From a virus, in IMG/VR virus record IMGVR_UViG_3300008267_000013, positions 23,793 through 87,792 of that record: a stretch of DNA of 64,000 bases, one strand, 5' to 3'. Below the pieces are notes generated by a model. It saw nothing but the letters and a program-made list of their open reading frames with translations. It was not told where the DNA came from and did no database searches. Below are positions 1-10,945 of this stretch, one piece after another (positions within the stretch are counted from its first letter, which is position 1; each line of letters starts with the position of its first letter). A program made the position numbers and the translations under genes.

Positions 1-2
1 AA

Positions 3-404
3 ACATTTAGAACTCAACATAGAAATAACCGACAAGCAAGTAATAACGACGAGCAAATTAACCCAAGACTTTTCGAAGCAAGAGTTATTGGTGTTGGAGA
101 GCCGCTTAGTGCATCAGATGCAGTAAGGCAACATCATCTTGCTTCAGTTTCGTTATATGAAAATCTAATGCAGAAAGGCATATGTCGTGAGCAAGCCCGT
201 GGTGTATTACCACAGAATCTATATACAGAATATTATGGAACCTGTTCACTATCCAATCTACTTAAATTCATCGATTTAAGAACACATGAAGGCGCTCAAT
301 GGGAAATTCAGGTATTAGCTAAAGCTTGTTTAACGTTTGCAGAACGATTATGGCCTGATGTTATCAAAGCTTATTATGAGGTTAAAAATGCCAAGAACAG
401 TTAA
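3..404 (+). CDS. thyX: Flavin-dependent thymidylate synthase, 3' part (5' end outside window)
   Basis: Frame open from nt 3 (TFRTQHRNNRQAS...). C-terminal REQARGVLP...FIDLRTHEGAQWEIQ matches ThyX motifs. Confidence 0.9.
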   Translation, partial: TFRTQHRNNRQASNNDEQINPRLFEARVIGVGEPLSASDAVRQHHLASVSLYENLMQKGICREQARGVLPQNLYTEYYGTCSLSNLLKFIDLRTHEGAQWEIQVLAKACLTFAERLWPDVIKAYYEVKNAKNS

Positions 405-657
405 AACAATAAAAGATAATGATGGAAACGATTTAGAAGTATATACAGATAATTGCACTGTATGTTCTGTAGAGATGGTTTTTCCAAAAAGAGAAGCGGA
501 TGATCTTGAAAGCATGTTTCCTTTCCTAAGACAAAAAATTGAGGAATATAATCCTTGTATTAATTGTGCCATAGAGCAAGATAAAAAAGATAAAAAACCC
601 TTTTTAAGCCCAGAAGAGTTTGAAATTATTAGAAAATCTCTAACAAACAATCAATAA
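388..657 (+). CDS. Hypothetical protein, two CxxC motifs (possible Zn ribbon)
   Basis: ATG at 388 overlaps thyX end; CTVC and CINC. Confidence 0.55.
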   Translation: MPRTVKTIKDNDGNDLEVYTDNCTVCSVEMVFPKREADDLESMFPFLRQKIEEYNPCINCAIEQDKKDKKPFLSPEEFEIIRKSLTNNQ

Positions 658-660
658 AAC

Positions 661-1437
661 GTGAATAAAATAATAACTTTAGATAGAATAGTTATTGGTT
701 CTTCACTTGAAGCAGTATTATGCGCATTCTATAATAAATTAAAACTTATCTATACGCGTAATCTCCAACCAGACGTACACGATACAATTGAAGATTATGG
801 ATTGGGAACTAGCAAGCATGACGCATGGAATAAACATACGTTCCAGCTATCTCTTGCCGGCTATACGCCTTTTGGTGATAAGATAAAACATATAAGATAT
901 GTTGATAAGAATACAATAAAAGTTATCACGAAAGAAGAAGGTGTATATACTGTTATTTTTCAAGAACTATATGTGTTTGATGACCATGAATTCTTAGACA
1001 TACCGCCCCATCTTTCTTCCGATAAAGATGAAGTACGCATACTAGATTGGTTTAAAGTTGTAGAAGGTGATATATCATCACACGAATCAATACAGAACAA
1101 AAATAGATTTATAAATCAAATTATATTTTATAAAGATAAAAAAGAAGTTTGTGTTGTATCATATGTAAAAACAGAAGAGTTAGACTCTAAGCAGGAACAT
1201 CTTGTTAGAGTTAAAACAGAGAGTATATTAAGTAATCCAGGAAATGATATAATCCTTGATCATAGAGATAGACAGATATTTGATCTAGGAAAAAATATAT
1301 ATGAAGATTTTGATAACGTAACATTTTCTTATGCTGATCATAAGATCATGTATGATTTAAGAAGAGTACGTGCTAAAATCGATTATATGAAATATTTACG
1401 CATCAAGCTTGGGATAGCAAATGATAGAGACGAATAA
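661..1437 (+). CDS. Hypothetical protein with degenerate Rossmann-like N-terminus
   Basis: 258-aa ORF; IVIGSSLEA resembles a dinucleotide-binding loop. Confidence 0.5.
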   Translation: MNKIITLDRIVIGSSLEAVLCAFYNKLKLIYTRNLQPDVHDTIEDYGLGTSKHDAWNKHTFQLSLAGYTPFGDKIKHIRYVDKNTIKVITKEEGVYTVIFQELYVFDDHEFLDIPPHLSSDKDEVRILDWFKVVEGDISSHESIQNKNRFINQIIFYKDKKEVCVVSYVKTEELDSKQEHLVRVKTESILSNPGNDIILDHRDRQIFDLGKNIYEDFDNVTFSYADHKIMYDLRRVRAKIDYMKYLRIKLGIANDRDE

Positions 1438-2236
1438 AGATGTAGACCATCTAGCTGGTATTATACCAATAGCCGGCCAACCATTAGGCTTTAATATGCC
1501 ATGGCATGATTCACTTATGCCAATACATGAAAACTATCATGCTGTCGAGAGAGCAGTAAATACAGCTGCAGTTGCTGGCTGTAATACAATATGGATCGTT
1601 ATGTATCGTGAAAGCCAACCAATTATAAGAAAGAAGCTTGGCGAATGGGTATATGATCCAGAATCAACTTGGAAAAATCCTTGGCCATGGCTACAATTAA
1701 AGCGTGTACCAGTATATTATGTATCTATTAATGCTGTAGATAGAAAACGCCGTGATTCAATAGCGTGGAGTTGTCTATATGGAGCCAAGGTAGCATCTCA
1801 AACTTGTAAAAAAATAAGTAAATGGATACTACCAAAAAGATTTCTAGTAGTTAATCCGTATGGGGTAATTTCAGAAGAACAGATGAAAAATTGCCGTAGA
1901 GACTTAAGAGGCTCACAAGAAATTGTGTTTAACTGGGAGGGGAATAACTTTAAAGAGAATCTCTATACACCATTTACTTTTTCTCAAAAGCAATATGAAG
2001 AATGCCGCATATATTTCAGAGATAGATATTCTGGTGACGAGACAATGCGTCACTTTAAAGAAATATTTAAACCGTTATCATTAGAAAAATATAAATCAAT
2101 AGATGCAGAGTGGTTTTATAATATAGATGATTGGAATAGTTACTCTAATTTTATTAGATCCGAGCATAATAAATTATGTGAAAGACCAAAATATTTGGTA
2201 ACCCATAAATGGTGGGGACTTATAAAGGATACTTAA
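1421..2236 (+). CDS. Nucleotidyltransferase-like (GT-A fold) protein
   Basis: N-terminal GIIPIAG and LMPI resemble sugar-nucleotidyltransferase starts. Confidence 0.5.
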   Translation: MIETNKDVDHLAGIIPIAGQPLGFNMPWHDSLMPIHENYHAVERAVNTAAVAGCNTIWIVMYRESQPIIRKKLGEWVYDPESTWKNPWPWLQLKRVPVYYVSINAVDRKRRDSIAWSCLYGAKVASQTCKKISKWILPKRFLVVNPYGVISEEQMKNCRRDLRGSQEIVFNWEGNNFKENLYTPFTFSQKQYEECRIYFRDRYSGDETMRHFKEIFKPLSLEKYKSIDAEWFYNIDDWNSYSNFIRSEHNKLCERPKYLVTHKWWGLIKDT

Positions 2237-2628
2237 TGTGAGTAACGAAGAAGAAGAACTATACAATAAACTTAAGAATATGAAAAGAGAGAATGAGCTT
2301 CTTATGGTTATCTATGAAGAACTTGACGAACTTATATCCAGTGGATACAATGGAAAGTTGCAAGATGAATCTACGGAAGGATTATTCTATTCCATAAATG
2401 AATATAAGAAATGGAAATCATCATGAGAACACGACACGATGATGTATGTTTGTGGTGGAAAGATTGGCATAGTTGTTCATGTGGATACCTAGAAGAGGAA
2501 GTTAGAGCAGAAAGAGTGCGAGAATGCCTAGAGATAATTCCTAATACTTTTGCTGCTTGCGGCGAACTATATGGAGATCAACCACAATATTGTTCCACAT
2601 ATTGTCTAGAGAAAGCTAGAGGTCACAA

Positions 2629-2895
2629 ATGAGCGGCGGACATTTTAACAATAATGATTATATTTATTACCGCGTATATGAATTTGCAGATCAGCTAGAA
2701 AACCACATTCAGAACAACGACAAAGAAAATGATTATGGATATTGTCCAAACTATAGTCAAGAAGTCATAGAATTTCTAAAACCAAAAGTTGAAGAGATTC
2801 GCAAGATTGCCAAACTGATGAAAGAGATTGATTATCTTTATTCTGGTGACCATGGTGAAGATTCTTTCATGAAAATTGTCAAGGAGCAACAATGA
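2629..2895 (+). CDS. Hypothetical phage protein
   Basis: ORF coupled by overlap on both sides (MSGGHF...YLYSGDHGEDSF). Confidence 0.6.
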   Translation: MSGGHFNNNDYIYYRVYEFADQLENHIQNNDKENDYGYCPNYSQEVIEFLKPKVEEIRKIAKLMKEIDYLYSGDHGEDSFMKIVKEQQ

Positions 2896-3530
2896 AATAC
2901 GGAGGCGGCAGACCACCATCCAATAACTGGTCAGACAGGTACTGGAATATTAAACCAGGCGATTATATTCACGTTAGTTACTATTATTACCGTAGTGCGG
3001 CATTTGAATATGAACAACAACCAGATGAAAAAGATTATATTGTGTTAGATAAAAAGATTCAATATAATCACGATCAAGGTGTCTTATGGGATGTAAAAGA
3101 AGTTAAGACTGGTAAAGTTATCAAAGATTACCATCTCAACGAAATGACATCTATACATGATGAATGGACTGGACAAAAGCGTGCACAAGCCCGTAAGCTA
3201 ACAGAAGCAGAAGTAAGTCATATAACAAGCAATCCGTTTTACGTTGTTGAGCCTATTCCTCCACCAACACATCCAGATGATATTGTATTCCATGATCCCA
3301 AAGGTAAATATCCCAAATCAGGGAAACCAATTAAATACGATGATCCAAGGCCGGGAGAAGTCTGGTGCAATGCGGGTTGCGGTATGGGTAACGATAAGAT
3401 AATAATTAAAGATTATGAACTATGGGGAACATCACTTCCAAAAGCAGTGTCGTATACAAGACTAAATGATGATACTATTTATCGTAAGCCGTTAGAATGG
3501 TTCAAAAGATGTTTTCATAAAAGTAGATAA
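2892..3530 (+). CDS. Hypothetical protein with two xPG[DE]-type SH3-like segments
   Basis: IKPGDYI and PRPGEVW motifs similar to the array family. Confidence 0.55.
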   Translation: MKYGGGRPPSNNWSDRYWNIKPGDYIHVSYYYYRSAAFEYEQQPDEKDYIVLDKKIQYNHDQGVLWDVKEVKTGKVIKDYHLNEMTSIHDEWTGQKRAQARKLTEAEVSHITSNPFYVVEPIPPPTHPDDIVFHDPKGKYPKSGKPIKYDDPRPGEVWCNAGCGMGNDKIIIKDYELWGTSLPKAVSYTRLNDDTIYRKPLEWFKRCFHKSR

Positions 3531-3545
3531 CTGACGATACACAAC

Positions 3546-3574
3546 TTGACAGTGATTTGGAGGTCTGGTAGAAT
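3546..3574 (+). promoter_or_regulatory. Sigma70-type promoter for the DNA polymerase gene
   Basis: TTGACA-17bp-TAGAAT, then GGAG RBS before ATG 3614. Confidence 0.8.
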
Positions 3575-3613
3575 CTTTAAATTCTACTGGGCCTTTTCAA
3601 TATTGGAGATATA

Positions 3614-6600
3614 ATGTCTGATCGTAAGAAGCCATCGATTCCGTTTTATAATAGCCACGGTCACAGTACTTTTAGCATTTTTGATGGAATGGGATATCCA
3701 GATGAGCATGCAGATTTTGCTTTTCAGAATGGTCTTGAAGGTATGGCGTTTACTGAACACGGGAATATGAATTCGTTCTCTTATGCTTTTCAAAAATCCA
3801 AGAAGATGAAGGATGAAGGAAAAGATTTCCGTATTGTCTACGGTATCGAAGCATATGTTCATCCAGATATTAGCCAGTGGAAGCTTGATAAGGATAAGAT
3901 TAAAGAAGACGCTAAACTTGCAAAGCAGGTAGATGATGATGTTGGTCTTGTTGTAGAAAATGAGGCTGAAACAAAGAAAGGTATCCGTAATGTTCTCAAT
4001 GAAAGAAGCCATCTCGTACTTACAGCACAAAATCAGGTGGGACTTAATAATCTTTTTAAGCTGGTTTCTACTAGTTATCGTGGAGACAACTTTTATCGCT
4101 TCCCACGTATTGATTATGCTGCACTTAGCAAGTATAATGAAGGTATCATCGCATCTTCTGCTTGCATTGGCGGCGTCTTCGGGAATGACTATTGGCGTAA
4201 TCGTGATAACGGGGATGCAGCTGTCCTCGCAGCTATGGAAAAAACTGTTCAAAGCATGATGGATATCTTTGGTGACCGCTTCTACGGAGAGTTACAGTGG
4301 GCTAATTATCGTGAGCAACATATTATTAATCAATTTATCATTCAATTAAGTAAAGTTCACGGATTCCAACTAGTTAGCACTTGCGATGCACACTTCCCTT
4401 CACCAGATTTGTGGAAAGATCGTGAAATTTATAAGATGCTCGGCTGGATGAGTAAAAGTGAAGTCAACCTTGATACCCTACCTACAAAACTTGATGATAT
4501 GGAATACCAGCTTTATCCAAAGAATGGTGACGAGCTGTTTGCATCATATAAGCAATTTTCAAATGCTCTTGGATTTTCTTACGATGATAAATTGGTAGAA
4601 GAGAGCATTGCGCGCACCTCTGATATTCTAAAGAATCGTATTGAAAAGTATACGCCAGATACAAATATCAAGCTTCCTGATTTTGTAGTTCCGGCTGGTC
4701 AAACTGCTGACGCTACACTTGCCAAACTTGCTGTTGAGAACCTAAAAAGCACTGGTCTATATAAGAACAGCGAATATGTTGATCGCCTTAAAGAAGAATT
4801 ACATACAATTAAGGATCGTGGCTTCTCAAAGTATTTCCTTACTATGAAAACAATTTCAGACAAAGCATCTGAAATACAATTGGTTGGAAGCGGTCGTGGA
4901 AGTGGTGCGGGCTCGCTTCTTTCATATCTACTTGGTATTACACAAGTTGATCCAATTAAGTATAAACTACAGTTCTCACGGTTTATTCGAAAGGCTGATA
5001 ATTCAGGGTATCCAGATATCGACTACGACTGTGCTGATCCAATGGAAATCAAGGATATGATGATAAAGGAATTCGGTGAAAATACCGTTGTTCCAATTAG
5101 CAACTATAACACCCTACAGATTCGCTCCTTGGTTAAAGATATTTCTAAACTTTATGGTGTGGAATTTCAAAAGGTAAATGAAGTAACAAGTAAGATGTTA
5201 AACGAGGCTATTCCTACTGCAAAAAAAGATCATGGAATTACAGCCGGTGTATATAATCCAACATGGGAGGAGCTAAAGAAATATTCACCAACTCTTAATG
5301 CATACCTACAGGAATACCCAGATGTAGCTACACACGTAGAGACTCTACAAGGTCAAATTCGTAGCATTTCAAGACATGCTGGTGGCGTTCTATTTGCTGA
5401 TAACTTAGATAAGCACATGCCACTAATTAATAGCGGTGGAGTAACACAAACTCCTTGGACGGAGGGACAAACAGTACGCCATCTTGAACCATTAGGATTT
5501 ATTAAATTTGATATTCTTGGACTTGCTTCTCTACGCATGATTGAAACAGCAATCAAACATGTTTTAAAGAGAAAACTTGGTATTAATAATCCAACATTCG
5601 ATGATGTTAAAAAGTTCTATAACGAGAATCTTCATCCGAACGTTATCGATTTAAATGACCAGTTCGTGTATGAGAATATTTTTCAAAAAGGAAAGTTTAT
5701 TGGAACATTCCAATTTACTCAAGAAGGAGCGCAAAAGTTCTGTATCGATGCAAAACCAAAAAACATCGTAGATATCGCCGCCATTACTTCTATTTATCGC
5801 CCCGGTCCATTATCTGCCAACGTAGATAAAAAATATATTGAGGCTAAAAGCAATCCACAAAACATAAAATACATTCATCCTTTTGTGGAAGAAGTTACAC
5901 GTGATACTTTTGGATTTATTATCTTCCAAGAGCAATTATCATTACTGGCGCACAAGCTAGGACGTGATATTTCACTAGACGAAGGTAATGAATTGCGTAA
6001 GGTTCTAACAAAGAAGGGAACCGGCAAGGAAGCAGAAGTTAAGAATAAGCTATATAGCAAATTTATTGGCGGATGCTTAGACAAGGGTATCCATGAAGAA
6101 GATGCTATTGAATTATGGAAGACAATGGAATTCTTCTCAGGTTACGGTTTTAATCTTTCGCACGCTATTTGTTATTCAATCCTTTCGTTCCAATGCGCTT
6201 GGTTATTAAGCTATTTCCCAAGTGAATGGATGTGTTCTTTCCTTGATAAAGAACCGGAGGATCGTAAAGAACAAGCTATTTCTCTTGTTAAGAGTTATAG
6301 TTATAAGATCCGCAGCCTTGATATTAATAAATCAGGAACTGTATGGGAAGTTGACGCAGATAATGACACAACACTTGTTCAACCATTATCTTCAATCAAG
6401 GGTCTTGGCGATACTGCAATCGCTGAAATTATGAACAATCGACCTTTTAATACTGTTGAAGAGTTGCTATTCAATGAAAAGGTTGCGTATAATAAACTAA
6501 ACAAACGTGGCCTTGATGCTTTGTGCCGTAGTGGTGCGCTGAATAACTTGATGGATGACCGTTTTACTGGTATGAAGCACTTCTGGAGCGTTGTAGCTGT

Positions 6601-7042
6601 TGATCGTCCAAAGTCACTCAAGAAACTAAAAGAAAACATTGAACTATATAAACCAGAAGGTGATTTTACAGATGAGGAAAAGATAGAACATATGACAGCA
6701 CTCACAGGTGTTTATCCAATCAACCTTGTTCTTACGGAGGAAATAAGGGATAAATTAGCGAAGAAAAGCATTGCTCCACTTGGTGGAGTTGAAGAGTGTA
6801 AAGAATGTGGCCTTGTATGGTTTATACCTCGCAAAAAAGACATAAAGTCTACCAAGAATGGTAAACCATATTGGATTCTATCTGTAACAGACAGTACAAA
6901 TACGATAAGCGAAGTTAAATGTTGGGGTATTAGAGAAACTGATGTTATACACATGAATAGACCTTATCTATGTAAAATCAATAAAGATTCATATGGTTAT
7001 TCAATACGTAATTTTAAAGAACAAATACGGCTATTAGGATAG
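3614..7042 (+). CDS. dnaE: DNA polymerase III alpha subunit (family C)
   Basis: PHP domain (HGHSTFSIFDG, TEHG, GIEAY, TCDAH), GRGSGAGS, catalytic YPDIDYD, HAGG, KFDILGL, YGFNLSHA, C-terminal OB-like region. Confidence 0.97.
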   Translation: MSDRKKPSIPFYNSHGHSTFSIFDGMGYPDEHADFAFQNGLEGMAFTEHGNMNSFSYAFQKSKKMKDEGKDFRIVYGIEAYVHPDISQWKLDKDKIKEDAKLAKQVDDDVGLVVENEAETKKGIRNVLNERSHLVLTAQNQVGLNNLFKLVSTSYRGDNFYRFPRIDYAALSKYNEGIIASSACIGGVFGNDYWRNRDNGDAAVLAAMEKTVQSMMDIFGDRFYGELQWANYREQHIINQFIIQLSKVHGFQLVSTCDAHFPSPDLWKDREIYKMLGWMSKSEVNLDTLPTKLDDMEYQLYPKNGDELFASYKQFSNALGFSYDDKLVEESIARTSDILKNRIEKYTPDTNIKLPDFVVPAGQTADATLAKLAVENLKSTGLYKNSEYVDRLKEELHTIKDRGFSKYFLTMKTISDKASEIQLVGSGRGSGAGSLLSYLLGITQVDPIKYKLQFSRFIRKADNSGYPDIDYDCADPMEIKDMMIKEFGENTVVPISNYNTLQIRSLVKDISKLYGVEFQKVNEVTSKMLNEAIPTAKKDHGITAGVYNPTWEELKKYSPTLNAYLQEYPDVATHVETLQGQIRSISRHAGGVLFADNLDKHMPLINSGGVTQTPWTEGQTVRHLEPLGFIKFDILGLASLRMIETAIKHVLKRKLGINNPTFDDVKKFYNENLHPNVIDLNDQFVYENIFQKGKFIGTFQFTQEGAQKFCIDAKPKNIVDIAAITSIYRPGPLSANVDKKYIEAKSNPQNIKYIHPFVEEVTRDTFGFIIFQEQLSLLAHKLGRDISLDEGNELRKVLTKKGTGKEAEVKNKLYSKFIGGCLDKGIHEEDAIELWKTMEFFSGYGFNLSHAICYSILSFQCAWLLSYFPSEWMCSFLDKEPEDRKEQAISLVKSYSYKIRSLDINKSGTVWEVDADNDTTLVQPLSSIKGLGDTAIAEIMNNRPFNTVEELLFNEKVAYNKLNKRGLDALCRSGALNNLMDDRFTGMKHFWSVVAVDRPKSLKKLKENIELYKPEGDFTDEEKIEHMTALTGVYPINLVLTEEIRDKLAKKSIAPLGGVEECKECGLVWFIPRKKDIKSTKNGKPYWILSVTDSTNTISEVKCWGIRETDVIHMNRPYLCKINKDSYGYSIRNFKEQIRLLG

Positions 7043-7352
7043 ATTGGTTACTATTTAAAGTATTACGAGGAATAAATATGAAACTTGTCATCAAAAATAG
7101 ATTAAATGAAAATATAACTCCACAAATGTTAGATAGTAGTAGTTTTAGAACTGCAATTACGAATAGTTTAAAACATATGAATAACAGCCAGGATGTTAAA
7201 CAAACAGGTTTAAACATTTTAGATAGTGAGGGAAGACCAACTATTAAGGGATATTATTTGTTTAGAGATGGCGATAATTTTTCAGTTTATCACCTCAGCG
7301 ATCCTTCAAAAAAGTTTCCAATACAAATAAGCGATTATATATAGGATAGTTA

Positions 7353-7691
7353 ATGTTAGAAACTAGACCATGGGGTTATTTCGTTGTTCTGGAGGATAGA
7401 GAAACCCACAAGCTTAAAAGAATAGTAGTCAATCCATCTGGTGCATTAAGCTATCAATCGCACAGCAAAAGGATGGAAGTTTGGACAATTATAAGCGGAG
7501 AGGGTACTTTTATATTAGATGGCATACCACAAATAGTTACAGCTGGTATGATCTGTAGGATTCCAAGAGGTTCTAAGCATAGAATGATAAACAAATCTGA
7601 TGTTCCCTTGGAATTCATAGAAGTTCAACTTGGTGAATATTTTGGGGAAGATGATATCGTAAGATATCAGGACGAATATAATAGAGTATAA
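7353..7691 (+). CDS. Cupin, type II mannose-6-phosphate isomerase C-terminal-like
   Basis: RPWG, LSYQSH...EVW, HR..N, FIEVQLGEYFGEDDIVRYQDEY. Confidence 0.88.
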   Translation: MLETRPWGYFVVLEDRETHKLKRIVVNPSGALSYQSHSKRMEVWTIISGEGTFILDGIPQIVTAGMICRIPRGSKHRMINKSDVPLEFIEVQLGEYFGEDDIVRYQDEYNRV

Positions 7692-8044
7692 CTATTTATA
7701 AACATGAAACTAAAAATAAAAGAAAAAATTAAAGAAATCGATAATGAACAAGAAGAAGATGATCTAAAATCTCATCGTTTCGACAAACAACATTTAAAAT
7801 CTGAGGCAACTCGTCTAGATCGCATGATGCATGATTTAGCTGTACCGCTTCAAGAAAAAGTACCACTACAAATAGCTCAAGAGTATTTCTCTGTTTATGG
7901 TTCTGAGGGTGAGCGAATGAAAATAGCTGACCTTGTAGATAAAGAAGGTTTAGTTCGTATCGCTGATATATTTGTAATGGCTAAAATTCAAGATAATGTT
8001 GATTTAAGTTGGCACTTAGATAAATACAACAAGGAATAAATAAT

Positions 8045-8398
8045 ATGAAGATGACAAAAAAAGATCTAAAAGCAATTATCATGGAAGAATTACAAAACAT
8101 GCAAGAGCAACAAGACGGTTTTGAAATGGAAATTGACATGGGAGTTCTATTCCAAGGCAATATGGTTAGAGTTACAGTCTCTGAATCAGAGACTTCACGC
8201 GATAGAATAGTTATAAAAAAAATAAATGGTGAAGATGCTAAACAATTTGTAGAAGCAGTTGTACAAGAAGTACCTTTTGAAGTAGAAATGAGCAAACTCA
8301 GCAGAGATGAGCAAAATGCCTTAGCTACAGCAATGGAAAAAGAGAAAAAGGGCGAATGGTCAGACTGGGCAGCAGATCAAGCCGCTAATAGAAGATAG
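8045..8398 (+). CDS. Hypothetical protein with MKxTKxxLxxIIxEEL leader (putative internal head protein)
   Basis: Leader shared with 19723 and 50063. Confidence 0.55.
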   Translation: MKMTKKDLKAIIMEELQNMQEQQDGFEMEIDMGVLFQGNMVRVTVSESETSRDRIVIKKINGEDAKQFVEAVVQEVPFEVEMSKLSRDEQNALATAMEKEKKGEWSDWAADQAANRR

Positions 8399-8931
8399 TT
8401 CGCTAGACAAGCGCCACTTCGTGTGATATAGTTTCTTTAGCCTAATGGATAGGCAACAGGAGCAAATCATGAAGTGGCGCTTTAATCATTCTGACCTCTC
8501 AGTTAATCCAGAAACATCAAAAATTGAATCTACAACAGCTGTAAGGATTGAAAGTGGTGGCGTTGAAATGACGCTATATGTATCCGATGTGCCAGAAGAG
8601 CATATTGTTGGAACACGTAAGGCTCTAGTGGATTCCGGTAATTTATTGCGACGTATTGGTCTTGAAATGCTCAGAAAAGCAGAGAAGATCAACTAATGTC
8701 CACAAAATTACAATTAAATGTCGCCTATCATAACAAAGGCGAACCATATCCACAACATGACTTCTCACATCTAAAAAATATAGACATAACAAAACTGTCT
8801 AAACATCCTTGTTATTCTAACGGGGATATCGTAGAGAAACTAGAATCTCAATATAATAAGAATTCTAAGTTGACAAAGGGTGAGTATTTCTATTATACTA
8901 TCTTTGTAGAACATGATTTCGGGAGGAATTC

Positions 8932-9336
8932 ATGCGAATAGTAGCTGCAAGTGGATATTTTAATCCATTACATGTCGGACACGTAGAATATCTTGAAAAA
9001 GCTAAAGGCTTAGGAGATAAGCTTATTGTTATTGTTAATAATGATTTTCAAGTTAAGCTGAAGGGTTCTAAAGATTTTATGAGTGAACAGGAACGGTTAA
9101 CGATTATTCGTTCACTAAGATGTGTTGATATGGCTATTCTAGCTGTTGACACAGATCCATCTGTCTGTAAATCTCTAGAGATCATCCGTCCTCATGTATT
9201 TGCCAAAGGTGGCGATAGATTCACGTACGAAATCCCAGAATCAAAGATCTGTAGGGAACTAGGAATTGCTATTGTTGACGGTCTAGGAAATAAAATTCAA
9301 AGCTCATCATGGCTATTAAGCCGGAAGGATGGATAA
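8932..9336 (+). CDS. Cytidylyltransferase-like (HIGH family; RfaE/TagD-like)
   Basis: GYFNPLHVGH, ER..II, KGGD, IQSSS motifs. Confidence 0.88.
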   Translation: MRIVAASGYFNPLHVGHVEYLEKAKGLGDKLIVIVNNDFQVKLKGSKDFMSEQERLTIIRSLRCVDMAILAVDTDPSVCKSLEIIRPHVFAKGGDRFTYEIPESKICRELGIAIVDGLGNKIQSSSWLLSRKDG

Positions 9337-9795
9337 ATGTCAGATGTAATACTGCAATGGAAGAAACTATCAGCAAGTGCAAAGGGTCCGCAAAAGGCGC
9401 ATGGTGAAGATGCAGCTTGGGATTTGTTTGCGGACTGTTTCAATAGTCCTTCGAATACTGGCTACATTTCAATTCAACCAGGGGAAACAAAAATTGTGCC
9501 AACTGGTCTGGCTATTATGCCGGAACAGGGTTGGTCTTGCGATATTCGTGGCCGCAGTGGAATGAATAGCAAGGGTAAATTTGCTATTCTTGGACTCGTT
9601 GATTCTTATTATACCGGTCCTTGGGGCATTGTAATACACAATGGTACAGATAAAGAAGTAACAATCCAACATCACGATAAGATCGCCCAGTTTACAGTGC
9701 AGCGTGTATACGACACACGGCTTGTAGAAGTTGAAGACTTTGATGTAAGTGGCGACAAGCGCGGTTCTCATGGGTTCGGATCAACAGGTGGCTAA
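9337..9795 (+). CDS. dut: Trimeric dUTPase
   Basis: AAWDL, GRSG, GLVDSYYTG, IAQF, RGSHGFGSTG motifs. Confidence 0.95.
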   Translation: MSDVILQWKKLSASAKGPQKAHGEDAAWDLFADCFNSPSNTGYISIQPGETKIVPTGLAIMPEQGWSCDIRGRSGMNSKGKFAILGLVDSYYTGPWGIVIHNGTDKEVTIQHHDKIAQFTVQRVYDTRLVEVEDFDVSGDKRGSHGFGSTGG

Positions 9796-10294
9796 TGGGT
9801 GCTGTCAAAAATAGAAGGAATAGGCACGCTAAAAAGCGAGCAGAGCAGCGTTACAATGTATTACTTAATCGTGAAGATCGTAGGGTTATAGCAGCTAAAA
9901 TTCGTGATAATAACTCTATTTTTATTGGCAGGACCACAAGTACAAAATCTATTCATCTAGTAAAATACAAAGATGAAGAGTATATAGCAGTATACAGTTC
10001 TTCTACCAACTGTCTTGTTACGTTTTTACCAAAAGATTGTAGAATCTACAAGCAATACTTAGAATCTAAGGCGGCACAAAATGAATCGAAAACAACGCCG
10101 ACAGCTGAAAAAGCTAGCAGGCGAAAAAGCAACATCGACAATAGATTTGATGTTGAATATGCCGAGCGAATGCTCAGTCTGCCAGAATCCATATGATAAA
10201 ACTAATCGAGAAATGGCAATGACATGGTTTGTTGAAGTCTATAACAGTCAAAAAATAGTTAAATTAACCTGCCCAGAATGCCACAATAAAAACA

Positions 10295-10615
10295 ATGGAT
10301 GAATACGGTACATCAAAAAAGAAATATGTATTCCATGACCATGACCATCTCCATGCGAAGTTGGTTGTTAAACTTATGGAAGATGGTATAAAGCAGGGCA
10401 TTCTCTTTAGAGAGTTTTTAAAGGCTTATTCAGAGGATAACCCTGATATACGTAAGTGGGTTGAAAATAATCCAAATATGAAAATTAGCAATCGTTCGAT
10501 GGCTAAAAGAAAGATGCAACAACGAAAGCTTGAGTTGATAAATAAAAAGTTTAACCTTGATCAAAAAGAGGTTGATGAAATATTTGACATCCTAGCGGAT
10601 GAATTTGGTGATTAA
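10295..10615 (+). CDS. Hypothetical protein
   Basis: ORF overlap-coupled to its neighbours. Confidence 0.6.
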   Translation: MDEYGTSKKKYVFHDHDHLHAKLVVKLMEDGIKQGILFREFLKAYSEDNPDIRKWVENNPNMKISNRSMAKRKMQQRKLELINKKFNLDQKEVDEIFDILADEFGD

Positions 10616-10863
10616 TGGACTATTTAGGATGTACGGATCAATGTCGAAAAGATAAATGCCCATGCAGCAGAGAAGCGTGCCGGCATTGGATGGATTACAA
10701 AGAAGATTTAAATTGTAGTGTTATAGCGGCTGAAGATCATGGACCTATGACACTTGAGGAAGTCAGTAAAAGAATTGGTTTAACTCTTGTACGCGTTAAA
10801 CAAATTGAAGATGCGGCAATGAATAAGATGAAAAAAAGAATTTTGCCAATACTTCATGAATAA
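10615..10863 (+). CDS. Cys-rich protein with sigma70 region-4-like HTH
   Basis: MTLEEVSKRIGLTLVRVKQIEDAAMNKM. Confidence 0.8.
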   Translation: MDYLGCTDQCRKDKCPCSREACRHWMDYKEDLNCSVIAAEDHGPMTLEEVSKRIGLTLVRVKQIEDAAMNKMKKRILPILHE

Positions 10864-10945
10864 TTTTTTACTTTTGAGGTAGTAGATACTATTTATTATG
10901 TATTTTGCCAATTTTTGGATATTATAAATCCCTAGGAGATAAATA

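Noticed and set aside
3614-7042. Intein or intron in the polymerase
   Set aside because: Length and motif order are continuous, and no intein terminal motifs were seen.
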